Positions 12,934-25,485 of a DNA stretch of 64,000 nt are shown here, in pieces. The position numbers and the translations under genes were made by a program. Position 1 is the first letter of the stretch. Each line of letters opens with the position of its first letter. This DNA comes from Hydrolagus affinis. Lineage: Eukaryota. The stretch covers positions 1-64,000 of the forward strand of contig JAAILG010000520.1 in the NCBI GenBank assembly GCA_012026655.1, given 5' to 3'. Below the pieces are notes generated by a model, which had not been told where the DNA came from, ran no database searches, and saw nothing but the letters and a program-made list of their open reading frames with translations.

Positions 12934-13232
12934 TGGATTCCTGTAACTGAGTGGTTAGAGCACTCGCTTTACAAGAGGGAAACCTGGTTTCGATTTCAGG
13001 CAAAACCTTGTGCAAATTTCCTTACTCAACAATAATAATCCTTCCAAAAAAGAATTGGTAATTTCAATCCACGACCGTTTGTGGGACACTGCCATGCACA
13101 ATTGGCTACCGCATTTCGTCCACATATATAGTCAATTCACTTTACAGTATATTCTGTGAAGCGCTTTGAGGTGTCTCGAAGGTGTGTTAAGCACCATTTC
13201 AAACGCAAGGATAATAATAATTATTATTATTA
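12934..13232 (+). mobile_element. tRNA-derived SINE with (ATT)n tail, near full length
   Basis: A-box-like taactgagtggttagagc, B-box-like ggtttcgatttc, 3' gtgaagcgctttgag...caaacgcaaggataataataattattatt. Confidence 0.9.
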
Positions 13233-14184
13233 TGTTAGCTAGCGCTGCCTGCTCCCTAGGTCACCAGCCACTACCTTGATTGTTGAACCCCAGAGCACTG
13301 TGTAATCTGCTGTTATCGAGGTAGCTTCATATTTCAAAACTGGAGGAAAACAACTAAATCTAATTATCACAATTAAGGAAGCGATTATGAAATATCATCC
13401 CATTTACTAAATGGTGCACACAACATAGAAATCTATTGCACAACTGTGATGTTCTGCTGGCTGCCCAATGCTCCCAGATCATGATCAGGTTTCACCCACA
13501 CACTGTACAGTAGTTTTACCCCGTCCCTTTGCGTTTGCTTGAACACACCCATATGTGAAAAAGCACCAAGAAATATGGAAACAATTAAACTATTATAATA
13601 TTTCTTAAAGAAATGCAGCCTGTTCAGTGTATTCCAAATTCTTATTCAGCCCGCGGCACAGTCCAAGAAATACAGATAATCTGTACCGCCATTTTAGATT
13701 CTGCAACAACCAGGCAGCCATTTTGGAATCAACTAAACGTTAAAAACTCCAACTCCACCGGGGTTGATGCTATAGTTAAGTTTTTTTTTCATCTCCTACT
13801 CAATATCACTGTCCTTTTCAATACTGCGAAGTTCAAGCAAATGCTACAAATGATCTGGGGCCATCCATATCCCCAACAGTAGATGTTCAGCTCTCATTCA
13901 GTTTCTTTGGCTCTTTTTTTAAGCAGTCCACCTCACATGAAGGATGCTATATAAATATGAAGGATGCAAGTAGTTGTTTTGCTGTACTAACCATAATACA
14001 CTAAACATTTTTACCACATGGATGGTGTGCCGGGTAGAATAGGGTTTTGTTATTTACTTTTTTCTCTCTCTTCCATTTCCTTCCTGAATATTCCCACATA
14101 ACCCACCTCTCCTTGCTGAAAGGACAGAAGACCCATGATCAATCCTGCCTAAAATTCTGTTGGACATCTGGCTGCTCTGTTCCT

Positions 14185-14385
14185 TAGCCCGGAATTCCCT
14201 ACCTCAATCCCTCTATCTCATTGCCTCTGGACCCATCTTCAAATCATCCTGAAGTCTTTCCTCATCAATTCTGCCTCCAGTCACCTCCACTCACTTTCCA
14301 GCTTGGCATCAAACACCACCATTGTTAAACGCTCAAACACATTACCCGCATGAAGAGTGGAATACAAATGAAAGCTGTTGTTGTT
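14185..14385 (+). mobile_element. Degenerate L2 3' end
   Basis: ggaattccctacctcaatccctc...ttcaaatcatcctgaagtctttcctc (NSLPQSL..FK..LKSFL), ends tgttgttgtt. Confidence 0.65.
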
Positions 14386-15198
14386 TTCTCTTTTCTTTCT
14401 ATGTTCTCCCATTTGGGAAGCTCCCCTTTCTCTAATAGCAAGCTTTAGTCATGGTGGGTTATACTTTGTGATATTGCTCTGAACAACTAAAATAAATCAA
14501 CGGAGAATTACAGTAATGTTTCAACCCAGCAACTGGTCATCCAGAACATCAAGTCTCTGCTGGTGTTTTTCCCAACGTTGATGGTTAATCCAATTTCTCT
14601 TTCCTGCGAGGGATCATATCCTGTAATGTTCATCCTTTTCAGGTATTATCTAATTTTGTTTTGAAAGAATTGATGGAGTAAGGTCTGTTGGCTAATCCTT
14701 TTCCCCTTTAATGGACTCACAATAACAGTGCAACTCAGGAGGTGGACTGAACAAAGAGGGCATTTTGTACTTGACTTAAAATACCTAGGGTGAACAAACG
14801 AGTTAGTGATTTTGCAAACTGTCTCTCATTCCTCGAGTACACAGAACAGATAAACATAAAAGATGTAAACCATTAACCTTATTATCTATACCACAACCAT
14901 TGGTTCCTGGAAATCTACCTATTCCAAGTAAACTCCATTTGTTTACACAGCTGGGCAGATTACTCAACATTAGTACAATGCTGACATGGTACTTAGTCGT
15001 GTATGTAGTTGAACCCTTTTATTTTCAAAAGCACATATATACAGTCAATATCATGAGAAGAGATAGGTGGTCAAAGCTGAAAACTGGAGCAACAGTTGTT
15101 GGTGACCTGGGTGGTATCCACAACTGTTTGAGTGGTGGGAAGACCTCAGCCACTCCATTGTGAAGAGGATCAACCTGTTGGTTACAAGTGGCACAAAC

Positions 15199-15629
15199 AT
15201 TCAATTGAAGATTCTGGTCCTCAACTTTAAACCCTCCATGGCCGTGCTCCTATCCTACCTTTGCAAGCTCCTAATCCCTATCAACCTGTCCATTCCCTCC
15301 GCCCAGTGAGATCCGTCCTGCTCCATGTCCCCCGACCCACCTACCCAACCATCAGCGAGCGAGCCTTCAGCCTCTCCGCCCGCAACCTCTGGAACTCCAT
15401 CCGGCAATCCCTCCACTTCGCACCCACCCCTAGCCTCTTTTAAGTCCTGCCTCAAAACCCTCCTCTTCAAACTTGCCATTGGTCACCCCCCCTCCCCTCT
15501 CTTCCTTCCACTTCCCCGATCCCGACCCCGACCCCAGCTCAGGTCTGAAACACTAACTGTTCAGCGCCTGGGGATATCCTTCTGACGTGAAAAGCGCTAT
15601 ACAAATGTAATTTTGTTGTTGTTGTTGTT
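15199..15629 (+). mobile_element. L2 LINE 3' portion (ORF2 C-terminus with frameshifts, 3' UTR, (TTG)n tail)
   Basis: QLKILVLNFK / PYQPVHSLR..LLHVP..ERAFSLSARNLWNSI / KSCLKTLLF; same family as 63431-64000. Confidence 0.93.
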
Positions 15630-15921
15630 CTGGACCAGTCACCAGTGGGTCCAATCAGCTGGGTTTATGTTGGCCATTTTACAGTGGGATATTCACATTT
15701 GTAGGTACGTTATACATGGAATTACATTTTCCTTCTTCTTAATATCAAAGTACTGTAATGTGTTTTCTGTGAAGATCATAACCCATAAAATACCCACCAA
15801 AATCTTTGAAATGGGGGTTAATGGAAATGTTTAGCATTTATAAAAGCAACACCAATATTCCTTACATTTGGTATACGTCAGTTTATGTCAGAAGGACATC
15901 CCACAGCACTTCCTGGCATAC

Positions 15922-16005
15922 AATAATAATAATAATGAACTTTGCATTTGATATAGCACTTTTCACGGCTTCTAGACATCTCAAAGCGCTTCACAAAATA
16001 TACTG
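15922..16005 (-). mobile_element. SINE 3' tail fragment
   Basis: aataataat...ttgcatttgatatagcacttttcac...ctcaaagcgcttcaca. Confidence 0.8.
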
Positions 16006-16519
16006 CGGGTTCGGTGGGGGCTGGAGGTGGAAGGGGAGTCAGAGAAGAGAGGGGAGTGAAAATTGTAGGAGAAACAGTAAGTTATGTTCCCCCATGAAAT
16101 CTGCTACTTCTTCAAACCATATGCAATCTACTCTATGATGCACTTTTATCCACGCTTAATCTCCAGTGAAGGTTCCATAAACTATCAGATAACTGATCAA
16201 AGCTCTCCAGAGTATCTATCAACACCATTCAAACCTGCCAACTGTTCACCACAGATGACATTTTCATCACATCAGCATAGGAACCATCATATTCTATGGC
16301 GTATTTGAAAATCAGTGTACACTTATCTCTATAACCTTCAATCCTTTTCTTAATGTTCATGCAATTATTTATTGAAGGAGTTAATATTCACAGCATCATT
16401 GTCTTCTACAACTCTGAATTCTCTGAATCTATGACCTTGCTTCAAGTTGGTTAATTCTGTGTATGTAGACTCTATAGTATACAATATGTAGACAATATAA
16501 TGCATATTGTAAGTGCACA

Positions 16520-16661
16520 ATCCAAGTTAATTTGTCGGTTTACATTTTTGCATATCTATTTCCCTACAAAACAGATATTACACTTGACAATAATTATGCG
16601 TAGAGCATTTTGAGATGTGTGACGTGATAAGGCACTACAAAAATGTAAACTCTTTCTTTCT
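16520..16661 (+). mobile_element. DeuSINE-type 3' tail ending in TCTT repeats
   Basis: ccctacaaaacag..tacactt..agcattttgagatgt..gtgataaggcactac..aaatgtaaactctttctttct. Confidence 0.6.
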
Positions 16662-19600
16662 ATTTGTGACCCTCAGCATTTTGGGAGACACTATCTGGCT
16701 AAATGGGGACTCGCCGAGTGGAGAAATGGTGAGTGTGAGAACACATTTCAAACAAATATGAATAAGGAAAGTTTTAAAAAACAGATTAGTCAAAACTGAT
16801 CAAGAAGAGACTTCAGAATGGCAGCTAATTACAGAAGAACCGATTTAAACATCTGAAGTATATACCAGTGTCCAAATATTTATTTATGAGAAAAAAAAGT
16901 AATCTATAGCAACGAAGACAATGCAGGTACTTTTTCTGATGAAAGACTTGCTTTACTACAATTCAAATCTTTTGCATTCCTCATACGTTTCATCATGAGC
17001 GCGGAGTTGAATCCAGTTGAATCCAGTCATGTTTAAAGTAATGTGGCATTAGGTTCTTGGAGCAAACCCAAACAGCCAAGAGCCTGAAACAGAGCCAAGT
17101 CACAGCAGGAGAGGAGAAAAGGGTCTCCGTTTAACTATTGTACCATACATCAGGCAGTCGGTGAGACAAGGCAAAGAGCACTGCTGTTTGAAGCAGCATA
17201 ATTTTCGGTCAGCCGGCAATCACTCATAAATTCGCCCAACATTTCAATTTGGGAGTTCCAATTTAATCCTGGAAGGAATTGAACCTTTTCTCATTCTTTG
17301 TGTTCTCTTGCGGTCTTATACATTCATTCACTTTCAAAATAAAGTGTGCACATTTGTGCTTTTTTAAAAAAAATTCACTTGCTGTCAGTTTTCAGAATTC
17401 ATTCCAATTAAATGCTTAGCGGAAACATTAACTTTCCAGACTGGTCAAGTAATCTAGCCCCCCCGACTTGATGAGAGATTACAAAGCTGCACACTCCTCT
17501 GTTTAAAGCCTTGTTCTTTCCACCTTTGCAGCATCATTTCTGAAGTATGTTCGGGTCTGTCAATAATAAATGGGGAGAAAGCACCAGGGAAGCACTTTTT
17601 CTCTAATAGAGAACTAAACTGCGTACACATCTCACCAATTTGGTCTGTTGATTTCCTCCTACCTGTGACCACGAGACTTGCAGTGCCATGCCGCTCTGCA
17701 GGCACTAGCAGGTTATTCAGTGAAAAGTAACGCAAGGGAATTCTCAGTGAGAAAAAGCAACAGGTAGAATCTCTGGATAACATTGATGTTAACTTCCAGT
17801 GAAAGAAAGAAAACTGACAAATGGATGGTTTACTTTAGGCAACTATAGATCAGCATCATAGTTCTCCATTCCTCCTGGTGGCCAAGCTCATAGGATCTAT
17901 ACTTGACAACCAATATCTACTCATAGCTCCATAAAGACCTTGAAAAAGTCACACTGCAACAGGAGCTCCTCTATATCCATTAATCTTGCACTACTACGGT
18001 TAGTCGGGACTTCCAAACTCACAAGTTCAGCAGTTTCAGAAGCTTTCACTAAACTCAATTATGTCCTACAGCCCTTAAAGTGACAGGAGATAAGTGCTAC
18101 ATTTCAGGAATGTGTGCATACCCCCATTTCTACTTAGAAGCAGACACAACAATCATGTGCGAGCCCCAGACTAACAGAGGAATCATCTGCATGTTTGAAC
18201 CAAAAAAGACTCTCGGTCATATGACTGGGATAAGCAGTCATTCTTAAGCCTGCCCCCAAAGGACAAGGCTATATCCACCAGCAGACAAGAAGATAAGACT
18301 CACAATTTACACACATAACACATTCATCCATACAACCAGAGTAAACCACCTACTGATACACTTGGACACTCCTCAGTAATCCAGCAAACATTAGAATGCC
18401 AATTTGGCTAAATTTAGGCATTTTCATTGAATCCCACATCAGCCTCCGTTACGTTAACTTCAGATTACTAGTCCAATTCTGTTTTACTCAAGACGTCAAT
18501 AAATGTGAGCATTCTTCCAATACATCCAGGACAGAGCACAACAGTCGCAATTCTGAAGCACGTGAAACCACTCTTTCCATACTGCAGTCGCATAGAAACT
18601 TTACAAATTCTCATCTTGCCGTGTGGAAAAAGAAATTACAGAGAGATTGTTTGTCAGCTTCTGTTTGAGATGAAGTATGAGCACTGATAGTAATTTCCTT
18701 GCTGCTTCCCACTGTGGTTAAAGCAAGGCATTACCAACATAACACATTACTCATTGCATGCTTTTACTTACTAAACTAATCAAAACTGAGGCCAAAGAAT
18801 GCTGCTCTTGCACACTGCAAAACAAGAGCAACCTGGCAGCAAGTTACATGCATGCAGTTCAACAGTGGCTTCTGTCCAACTTGGTAAAGGGTAAAATGGA
18901 TTTGTTCCTTAACGTGTGCAGTTCAACTCTGGTTTTGGCTTGAACAGAAGGATCATAATTTTGGCACCGGATAGTCACACAATGAGCTGACATCCAATCT
19001 AATTGTTTAGAACTGTTATTACAGCAAACACATATGAATAAGATGGGTGATGCTGTACTATCGAATATTGATGGCAAGAGTACCATAATTCTTTAGCCTT
19101 TACATAAGTACACTTCTTTTACTCGTCCTCAGATGTGATATGTTACAAGGTAGTAACATGTACCAATGAGTCTCACAGTCAACCAGGAGACTGTTCTCAG
19201 GAACAGTCTCAGTATATTTTACTCCGCACTCTCCTTCTCAGGCTGCGTATTTAGTCACCAACAGACTTCCAAGGCCTCAAATCCCAACAAGCCTTGGCTT
19301 TTCTGACCATTTTTGTGTTAACATTTAAAATCACCGAGAATTGTGAAAAACAGTTTGGTTTTTATCTGAATTTGGAAATGACTTTTCTGTATTTTTTTAA
19401 ACAAGAACAATATCCAAAAATAAACACTGGATTAAGATTTTTCAACAATTCTGCACATTGTTGCATGTTAAAACAAAATGGTCTTACAGGCTAAAACTAG
19501 AATTTCAATATCTAATGTTTTCCTATCAGGACCAGCATTATCTTCCAGTTAAATTGATCATTCACTTCAAGGCTGTTTGAGAATCCTGCTGGATAAACAA

Positions 19601-19679
19601 TAGCACATCCTATGATATACTTCAGATGGACTTTCAAAAAACTTGTGATGAAATTTACCAGACAAAGGATTTAATTATA

Positions 19680-19850
19680 ATATAAATAATAAATACTAAT
19701 AACAGTTGTTTACCTTACTATGACATTGAGACATCCCAAAGCGCTTCAAATGATATACTGTAAAATGATGTCACTGCGTGTATTTCGTGAGTGGAACACC
19801 ACAGCCAATTTGTGCTCAAAGCCATGGCTTGAGTGACCAAATTTTATTTG
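19680..19850 (-). mobile_element. SINE 3' tail fragment
   Basis: gagacatcccaaagcgcttca..atatactgtaaa..cagccaatttgtg. Confidence 0.7.
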
Positions 19851-20799
19851 GACATAATTAAACTAAAACACCACGGGAACCCAGATAGGACAAGATAAGG
19901 AACATGTTACAAAGCAGGAAACAATGTGCTTGTGAAGAGATGTAATGTCAAACAGGGAGGAAATGTTGTACTTGGACTCTTATTGTTTCTAACCTACGTA
20001 AATAACCTGGATACCAGAACCAACTGAAAGTTGGCAAATTAGCTGAAGACATAAAATTACAGTGATAGACAAGAGGCAAAATAATTTAGTTGTTGGTCAT
20101 AAACGTGGCAAACCAAAATACTAAGCACAAGGACAAAATATATATTACTTGTATAAAAATGCACATCACATGCATACAGGATTAAAATTATTAAAATGAT
20201 AGCAGAGAACATTAGAAAGGGAGTTGGAAGCAATAGCAGACACACCTCTTTCAGTGTTCAGACAATGGGGCCTATCTTAAGTCATTCATTACATGTTTAT
20301 ACTGGGATTTCCGCTGTTTAAATGGGAAATTTTTAGTCTTTTCCACACATATTATTCTGTGTTGGAAAAATTATTCTAAACTAACAATTCACTGGAGGCT
20401 GGTTAATTTTAAACCAAGGTTATTTTGTGTTGCTCCTAAGTCCAATATCTGTGCCTTTCAGCATTTTAAATAACCTTGAGTTGTAAAAAAAAGTTAAAGT
20501 TAGTTGGAAAAAATGATAAAAGGACAGAAGGTAGGAAAGTTGCAACCTTGTGGTGTTGAGGTGGGTGGAGGTGAGTTTAATTAGGACATATAGGATAATA
20601 TTTGATTTATTCACATTTACAGTGGGGGAATAGTGTTCAGGTTAGAGATTGGGAGGAAAAATAGGAGAAAGTTCAGAGGGATAGAGAACATAGCAACAAA
20701 GATAGAATAGAGAAGAACATTTTTTGTCTTGAGGCAGGTAAAGCAGAAGCTGGTTGTGCGGGGGGTATCATCTCGTAGTAACAACAACAACAAATTATC

Positions 20800-20915
20800 A
20801 TGAAAATAGAAGCAAAGACTGAAGCCATTTGGTCCATTGAGCCTATGCTGATGTAGCTCCAACAATGAAACTAACTACTCTAATCCTAACTCCCTGCTCT
20901 TTCCTAATACCAGTG
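20800..20915 (-). mobile_element. CR1 3' UTR fragment
   Basis: gccatttggtccattgagcctatgct..ctctaatcc..tccctgctcttt; similar to 47321-47450. Confidence 0.55.
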
Positions 20916-22110
20916 TTTTTCAGGTTTAACTTCATTAGCCACTTGCGGCAAAGCTTTGCATCCTATGCATAACAGTTACATTTGCACTGTTCTTTGCAAA
21001 TTACTCCAGACTATTTTACTGAATGGTTATGTCCTAAAGGATCAACTTCATGTGATTTTTATTTTAAATACAGTAATAGGAAAATTCAGAGGCAAAACAA
21101 CTTCCTGAAGCTTATTATTTGCCCAAATGTCAAGCGAATGGTTAATGAAGGCCTGGCGTGACATAACATGTCCATAAATTTCTAAGAAAGAAAGTCATAG
21201 CCTGTTTATATTTTTTTAAATTGTGAAATGTGGCACTGGAGTATTAAACATTAATCTTCAAGTACAGATAATAAACAAACAAGATAAGAGTGTCAGAGGA
21301 AGTGAGAAAGCTGCTCTTGTGCCACTGAGTGCATGACTTGTACAGTGGAAGAACCAATAAGTTGGCTAGGAGTTTTTTGATATAAAAAGTTATTGGACTA
21401 AAGCGCTCTGGGGAAAGTTGCACATGTTCCAAGAGGTTCTTATCTTCTTCCGAAGCTGTGTTACACCCAGACTGGGGAATGTTTTAAAACCAGAGCTCTG
21501 GCTATCTGTCCAGCTTCCAGACCACAACAATTTCTGGTTTTCACTTAGCAGGATTTCACACTTTCAGCCAAGATTTTTTCTTGCAATTTTAAAATCCCTC
21601 AGTCCTCTCTCACAGCAAACCTGGTTAGTTTACCGCACAATAAACTACCGTAAGCATGTCCGGAATGATGGAGGTGGGAAAAGCCACATTCCAGTTAAAC
21701 CACCCTTGATCAGATATTGGCCAGAACTGCATGATATTTTGGCAACCTATGTCAATTAGGCGAGTAAAGAGATTTTCCAAAGGCTCTTATCTCATCTCCC
21801 ACAGTTTGTAATCAAATTCCTGGAAGGATAAACGTGAAGAACGCCACGACCCTGAATGCTGCTAAAGTGCTCTGCTCTGCAGTGCAAGCTCTTGGGGTCG
21901 AAAGAGCGATAGTTTGCAATTGGATTCACAAATAAGAGTATCAGAATAACTCATGGAGATTTTTGACAGGAAACCTGCAGCCCATTTACAGTGCCCTGAT
22001 GTGGGTATCCAGTAAGTCATGAGTGGCATACAACCAGTTACTCAAAGTTTCTATTCTAGAATCCTGTTGTGAACCACTTGCCTTTTCAAAACCTATTGGT
22101 ACTCACTGAA

Positions 22111-22187
22111 CAAGACAACAACAACAAAAACAAAATTACATTTGCATGGTGCCTTTCACGCGACAGGTGAACGTCCACAGGTACTGA
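22111..22187 (-). mobile_element. L2 extreme 3' end, (TTG)n tail
   Basis: caacaacaacaaaaacaaaattacattt..gcctttcacg. Confidence 0.8.
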
Positions 22188-22562
22188 AGACATCTAATGT
22201 TTCATTCGTTCATGAAGGTGTAGCGAAGAAGCAGAGGGCACTGGGGTCCATTTTGCAATATTTGCGAAAGTACTGGGAAGTGTTACTTAAGACATTCTCC
22301 TGCTGTGTAAGGCGCTATAAATTTAAATTGTAGTGTATTCCATTTTCAAACGCCATTGAAAGTTAGAAACAAAAGCTGGACAGGCAAGTGCCTTTTCTCA
22401 ACAGACATTCATTTCACTCTGCACGCGATCACAAATCTCGTAGCTTTCAGAAATTTCCCAGTGCAATTCAACCGCCTGAAGTCAACCGAAAAGCCTCAGA
22501 CTGCATGGACTTCTTGCGAATTTTACAAATGTCAGTACAAATCAATGAGAAGAGATGTCTGA

Positions 22563-22700
22563 AACAAAAACAGAAATCACTAGGAATACTCAGCAGGTCA
22601 GGCAGCATCTATGGAGAAAGGAAAAGTTTCGGGTCCACGACCCTTCATCAGAACAGGGTTCCCAGCAATTTCTGTTTTTGTTTCTCCAGCATAGTATGGT
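22563..22700. mobile_element. Penelope-like (pLTR-derived) palindromic element, internally deleted, carrying a hammerhead core
   Basis: aaaaacagaaat..actcagcaggtcaggcagcatctatggagaaag shared with 41717; inverted end atttctgtttttg; minus-strand CTGATGA-A-GGGTC-GTG-GACCC-GAAAC. Confidence 0.75.
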
Positions 22701-23009
22701 ATTTGACTAGTTTGATCCTCCTGGTGATTGATAGGAGCATGCCGAGACTTAGAGATGCTGTCATGGTGTAAATTCAGACATCATGGGACAGGGAAAAGGT
22801 ACACATGATTATATATTGGTTAATCATTGTTGAAACAGCTCAAAAGTACTCCATAATAATTACTGTAAAGTGTAGAGACTGTTCTTGTAGCCAACAAATA
22901 TGACAGCAATGTTCCACAAACATATCATAGCATCCAAGATAACACTCTAATGCAATGGCACACGGGGGTAGGGGTTGGGGGAGTGGGGGTTGGGTGGAGG
23001 GTTGCCACT

Positions 23010-23273
23010 CTTCCTTTGAGATGTTAAACCGACATCCCATCTACCAACTCAGGTGGAAGTTAAACATCACACTATTCGAAATCAGAAGATTTCTCCAGGT
23101 TTCCTGGCCAACAATTACGCCCCCCTATCCCCAAAAGAAAATTGATACACACTCCATGTCTATTTTGTATGACATTACTGTGGCAACTAGCACTGCAGTA
23201 TTTTGCTCACAAAATACATTCAAAACCATTTTACAGTATGACACACTGTATCAAATGCAAGGATTATTATTAT
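23010..23273 (+). mobile_element. DeuSINE (SacSINE1/AmnSINE1-type Deu domain) with (ATT)n tail
   Basis: gagatgttaaaccga..ctcaggtgga..cactattcgaa..tcctggccaac; ends caaatgcaaggattattattat. Confidence 0.75.
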
Positions 23274-23412
23274 CTTATGTGAAGGGCATTATATAAATGC
23301 AAGTTGTTTTGCATCTGAAGGATTGTGGATCAGGACACAAGTTGTATCTCCCAATCAAATTTTTTTTAGTCACCCACGTGTCTTGATACATACGTAAACT
23401 CACCACATTTGT

Positions 23413-23837
23413 GGAATCCTGTAGCTCAGTGGCTAGAGCACTCGCCTTGCAAGCGAGAGACCAGGTTCGATTCCAGGCGGGGTGAAACCTTGGGCAAGAT
23501 TCTTTATTCCACACGCCTGATAATAATGGGAATAATAATAATTTCTTTATTCCAGCACCTTGGGACGACACCCCGATGTGAAAGACGCTCTATAAATTTT
23601 ATTTTGTTGTTGTTGTTGTAATGCCTCGAAAAGTAAACAAGAAGAAATTGGTCACTTCAATCGACTGTTTCTGCTATACAAGTGTAATATTGCTGTTGTT
23701 GTTGGGACACTGCTACGCGCAGTTGGCTGCCTCATTTTGCCCACAAATATACAGTCAATTCACTAAACAGTATATTGCATGAAGCACTTTACGACATCTA
23801 GAAGATGTGAAAAGTTCTGTGTCAAATGCAAGGATTA
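23413..23837 (+). mobile_element. tRNA-Ala(TGC)-derived SINE interrupted by an L2 tail
   Basis: A box TAGCTCAGTGG, anticodon arm CTCGC-CTTGCAA-GCGAG, B box GGTTCGATTCC, followed by SINE body and tail caaatgcaaggatta. Confidence 0.9.
23553..23619 (+). mobile_element. L2 3' end nested in the SINE
   Basis: cagcaccttgggacgac..gatgtgaaagacgctctataaat..ttgttgttgttgttg. Confidence 0.85.
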
Positions 23838-23911
23838 AACGCTTTATAAGTTTAAATTGTTGTTGTTGTTGTTATCAGTATTATTACCATGCTTAAAAGT
23901 AGCCAAGCAAA

Positions 23912-24125
23912 CCTGAGAGTTCCACTCACACATGGAAATTTCTAAGTTGGAAACTTTATTAAAATGAATGCAAATTTTCTCCCTGGAGAGACACACCTTG
24001 TTTACCTAATTCCAAAAAGCATTAGGTCCAGGTTGGCAAGAGCCAAGGCTTGGGTTCCCAAAGTGTGCATTGTGGGTACTCCTGGACTTTGATCAGTTAA
24101 AACCACATAGCTTGTCATTGATATC
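23912..24125. repeat. Unclassified dispersed repeat, copy 2 (homologous to 5521-5717)
   Basis: Same collinear blocks as copy 1, same orientation. Confidence 0.8.
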
Positions 24126-24449
24126 ACTATCTGACAAGCTTTCCTACTGCTTGATCAGCAGTTGGGGATTTGGCTTGTAGGGTTAATGGGAGCTGAATGG
24201 GAAGAGTCCATGCCCCTAGTTACTGGGCTGCCCTTCCAAGTCCTGCCGATGAACCGGGCTGACTAGTTTGTCATTAGCAGTGTTCTGGAGTACTGCCAAC
24301 CCGCCTGGTTCACAAACTGGACCAAGCCCACCACAGAGGGCTGGCTGAATTCCTACATTCTGTGGCCAAACATGTCACCTTCGAGCCAGTTCAGCTCCAT
24401 AGACACTCTTCTTACCTCCCCACCCCCAAGGAGTTTTATAAATAGTTTT

Positions 24450-24650
24450 TTTTAATAGTACTGATGATTTTTAATATCCACCCCGAAAAGGCAGATAGAA
24501 TCTCAACTTAGAAATCTTATCTGAAGGATAGTACTTCCAACAGTGCAGCACTCCCTCACAGCTTGTGTCAGACTGTGTTGTGAGAATGTGGGGTTTGAAC
24601 CTACAACCTTCTGACCCAGACTGAAATGAGCTTGTTGCCAACCAAGCCTT
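24450..24650 (-). mobile_element. DeuSINE 5' half (tRNA-like head plus Deu-proximal region)
   Basis: Reverse complement gggtcagaaggttgtaggttcaaaccccac..gagggagtgctgcactgttggaagtac..ttcagataaga. Confidence 0.75.
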
Positions 24651-25389
24651 AACTGTGAAGGCCTTGCATTTGCAAACTTGTAGGCTCAGTCACAAGACTA
24701 AACAACATTCAGAGTTCAACGGTCCACCCCACTGGTCACCTCGCACAATGAAATCAGCTGTCTGTTGGCAGGCGACAGACACAATTTACCAATGCCAGAG
24801 TTTTGTCAGGCTACTCTGATTAGGCCGAGGTATCGAGCAAATCTGGGGACCGCTCTGTTAGTAAAAGTTTAGAATTAGTCATCAGCCAGCATGATTTGGA
24901 CATATCATAATCACTTTCCAAGCAACAGACAGCCAAGATAAGGCTGAATGAATCGGGCAGGGAGTTAAAGTAAACAACGGTCTGTGTTGAACTTTGCAAT
25001 GAGTCACAGTTGTTTTAAAAAAAATCAATTGGCAAGTCAGATGTTGTTTGTGGTCTATCTGCATGACTTCACTTCTGGAAGGCGAACAAACCTGAACCAA
25101 TGAGGAAACACTTTGTATCTGTTTCAAAGCTTTGATTCCCCCCCCACCCCACCCCCTCCCCCTCTCCTCTCTCTCACACCCACTTTTCTTCCAGGAACTT
25201 CACAATCTGACCTACTTCAGCAAGTGTTACAAATAATGAGAACTCGCAAACTACAATTCTCGAAACTGAAAAAAACCTGTTTCTCTCATGTCACATCGGC
25301 TGTTCGGCAAACAAGCGTCTTTGCTGGAAAAATTGCATTGATATACTGTGACCTTGAATATAATCACAATTATAACAACAATAATACAA

Positions 25390-25485
25390 GAATAATCCTT
25401 GAATTTGATTTAGTGCCTTATCAGATGGCCAAAACACATCAAAGTGCTTCACAGGATTTACTGTGGATTGTGCAGTATTGTAGGA
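25390..25485 (-). mobile_element. SINE 3' tail fragment
   Basis: aataatccttgaatttgat..caaagtgcttcacaggatttactgt. Confidence 0.75.

Noticed and set aside
15255-15585. Overlapping Pro/Gly-rich ORFs on both strands
   Set aside because: Alternative frames of the C-rich L2 ORF2 remnant, not host genes
22111-22340. Divergent pair of L2 tails resembling one inverted element
   Set aside because: Tails belong to different subfamilies (TTG versus TTGTA-like); independent insertions are more likely
23413-23485. tRNA-Ala(TGC) gene
   Set aside because: Acceptor stem is incomplete and the sequence runs directly into a SINE body shared with several other copies; it is a SINE head
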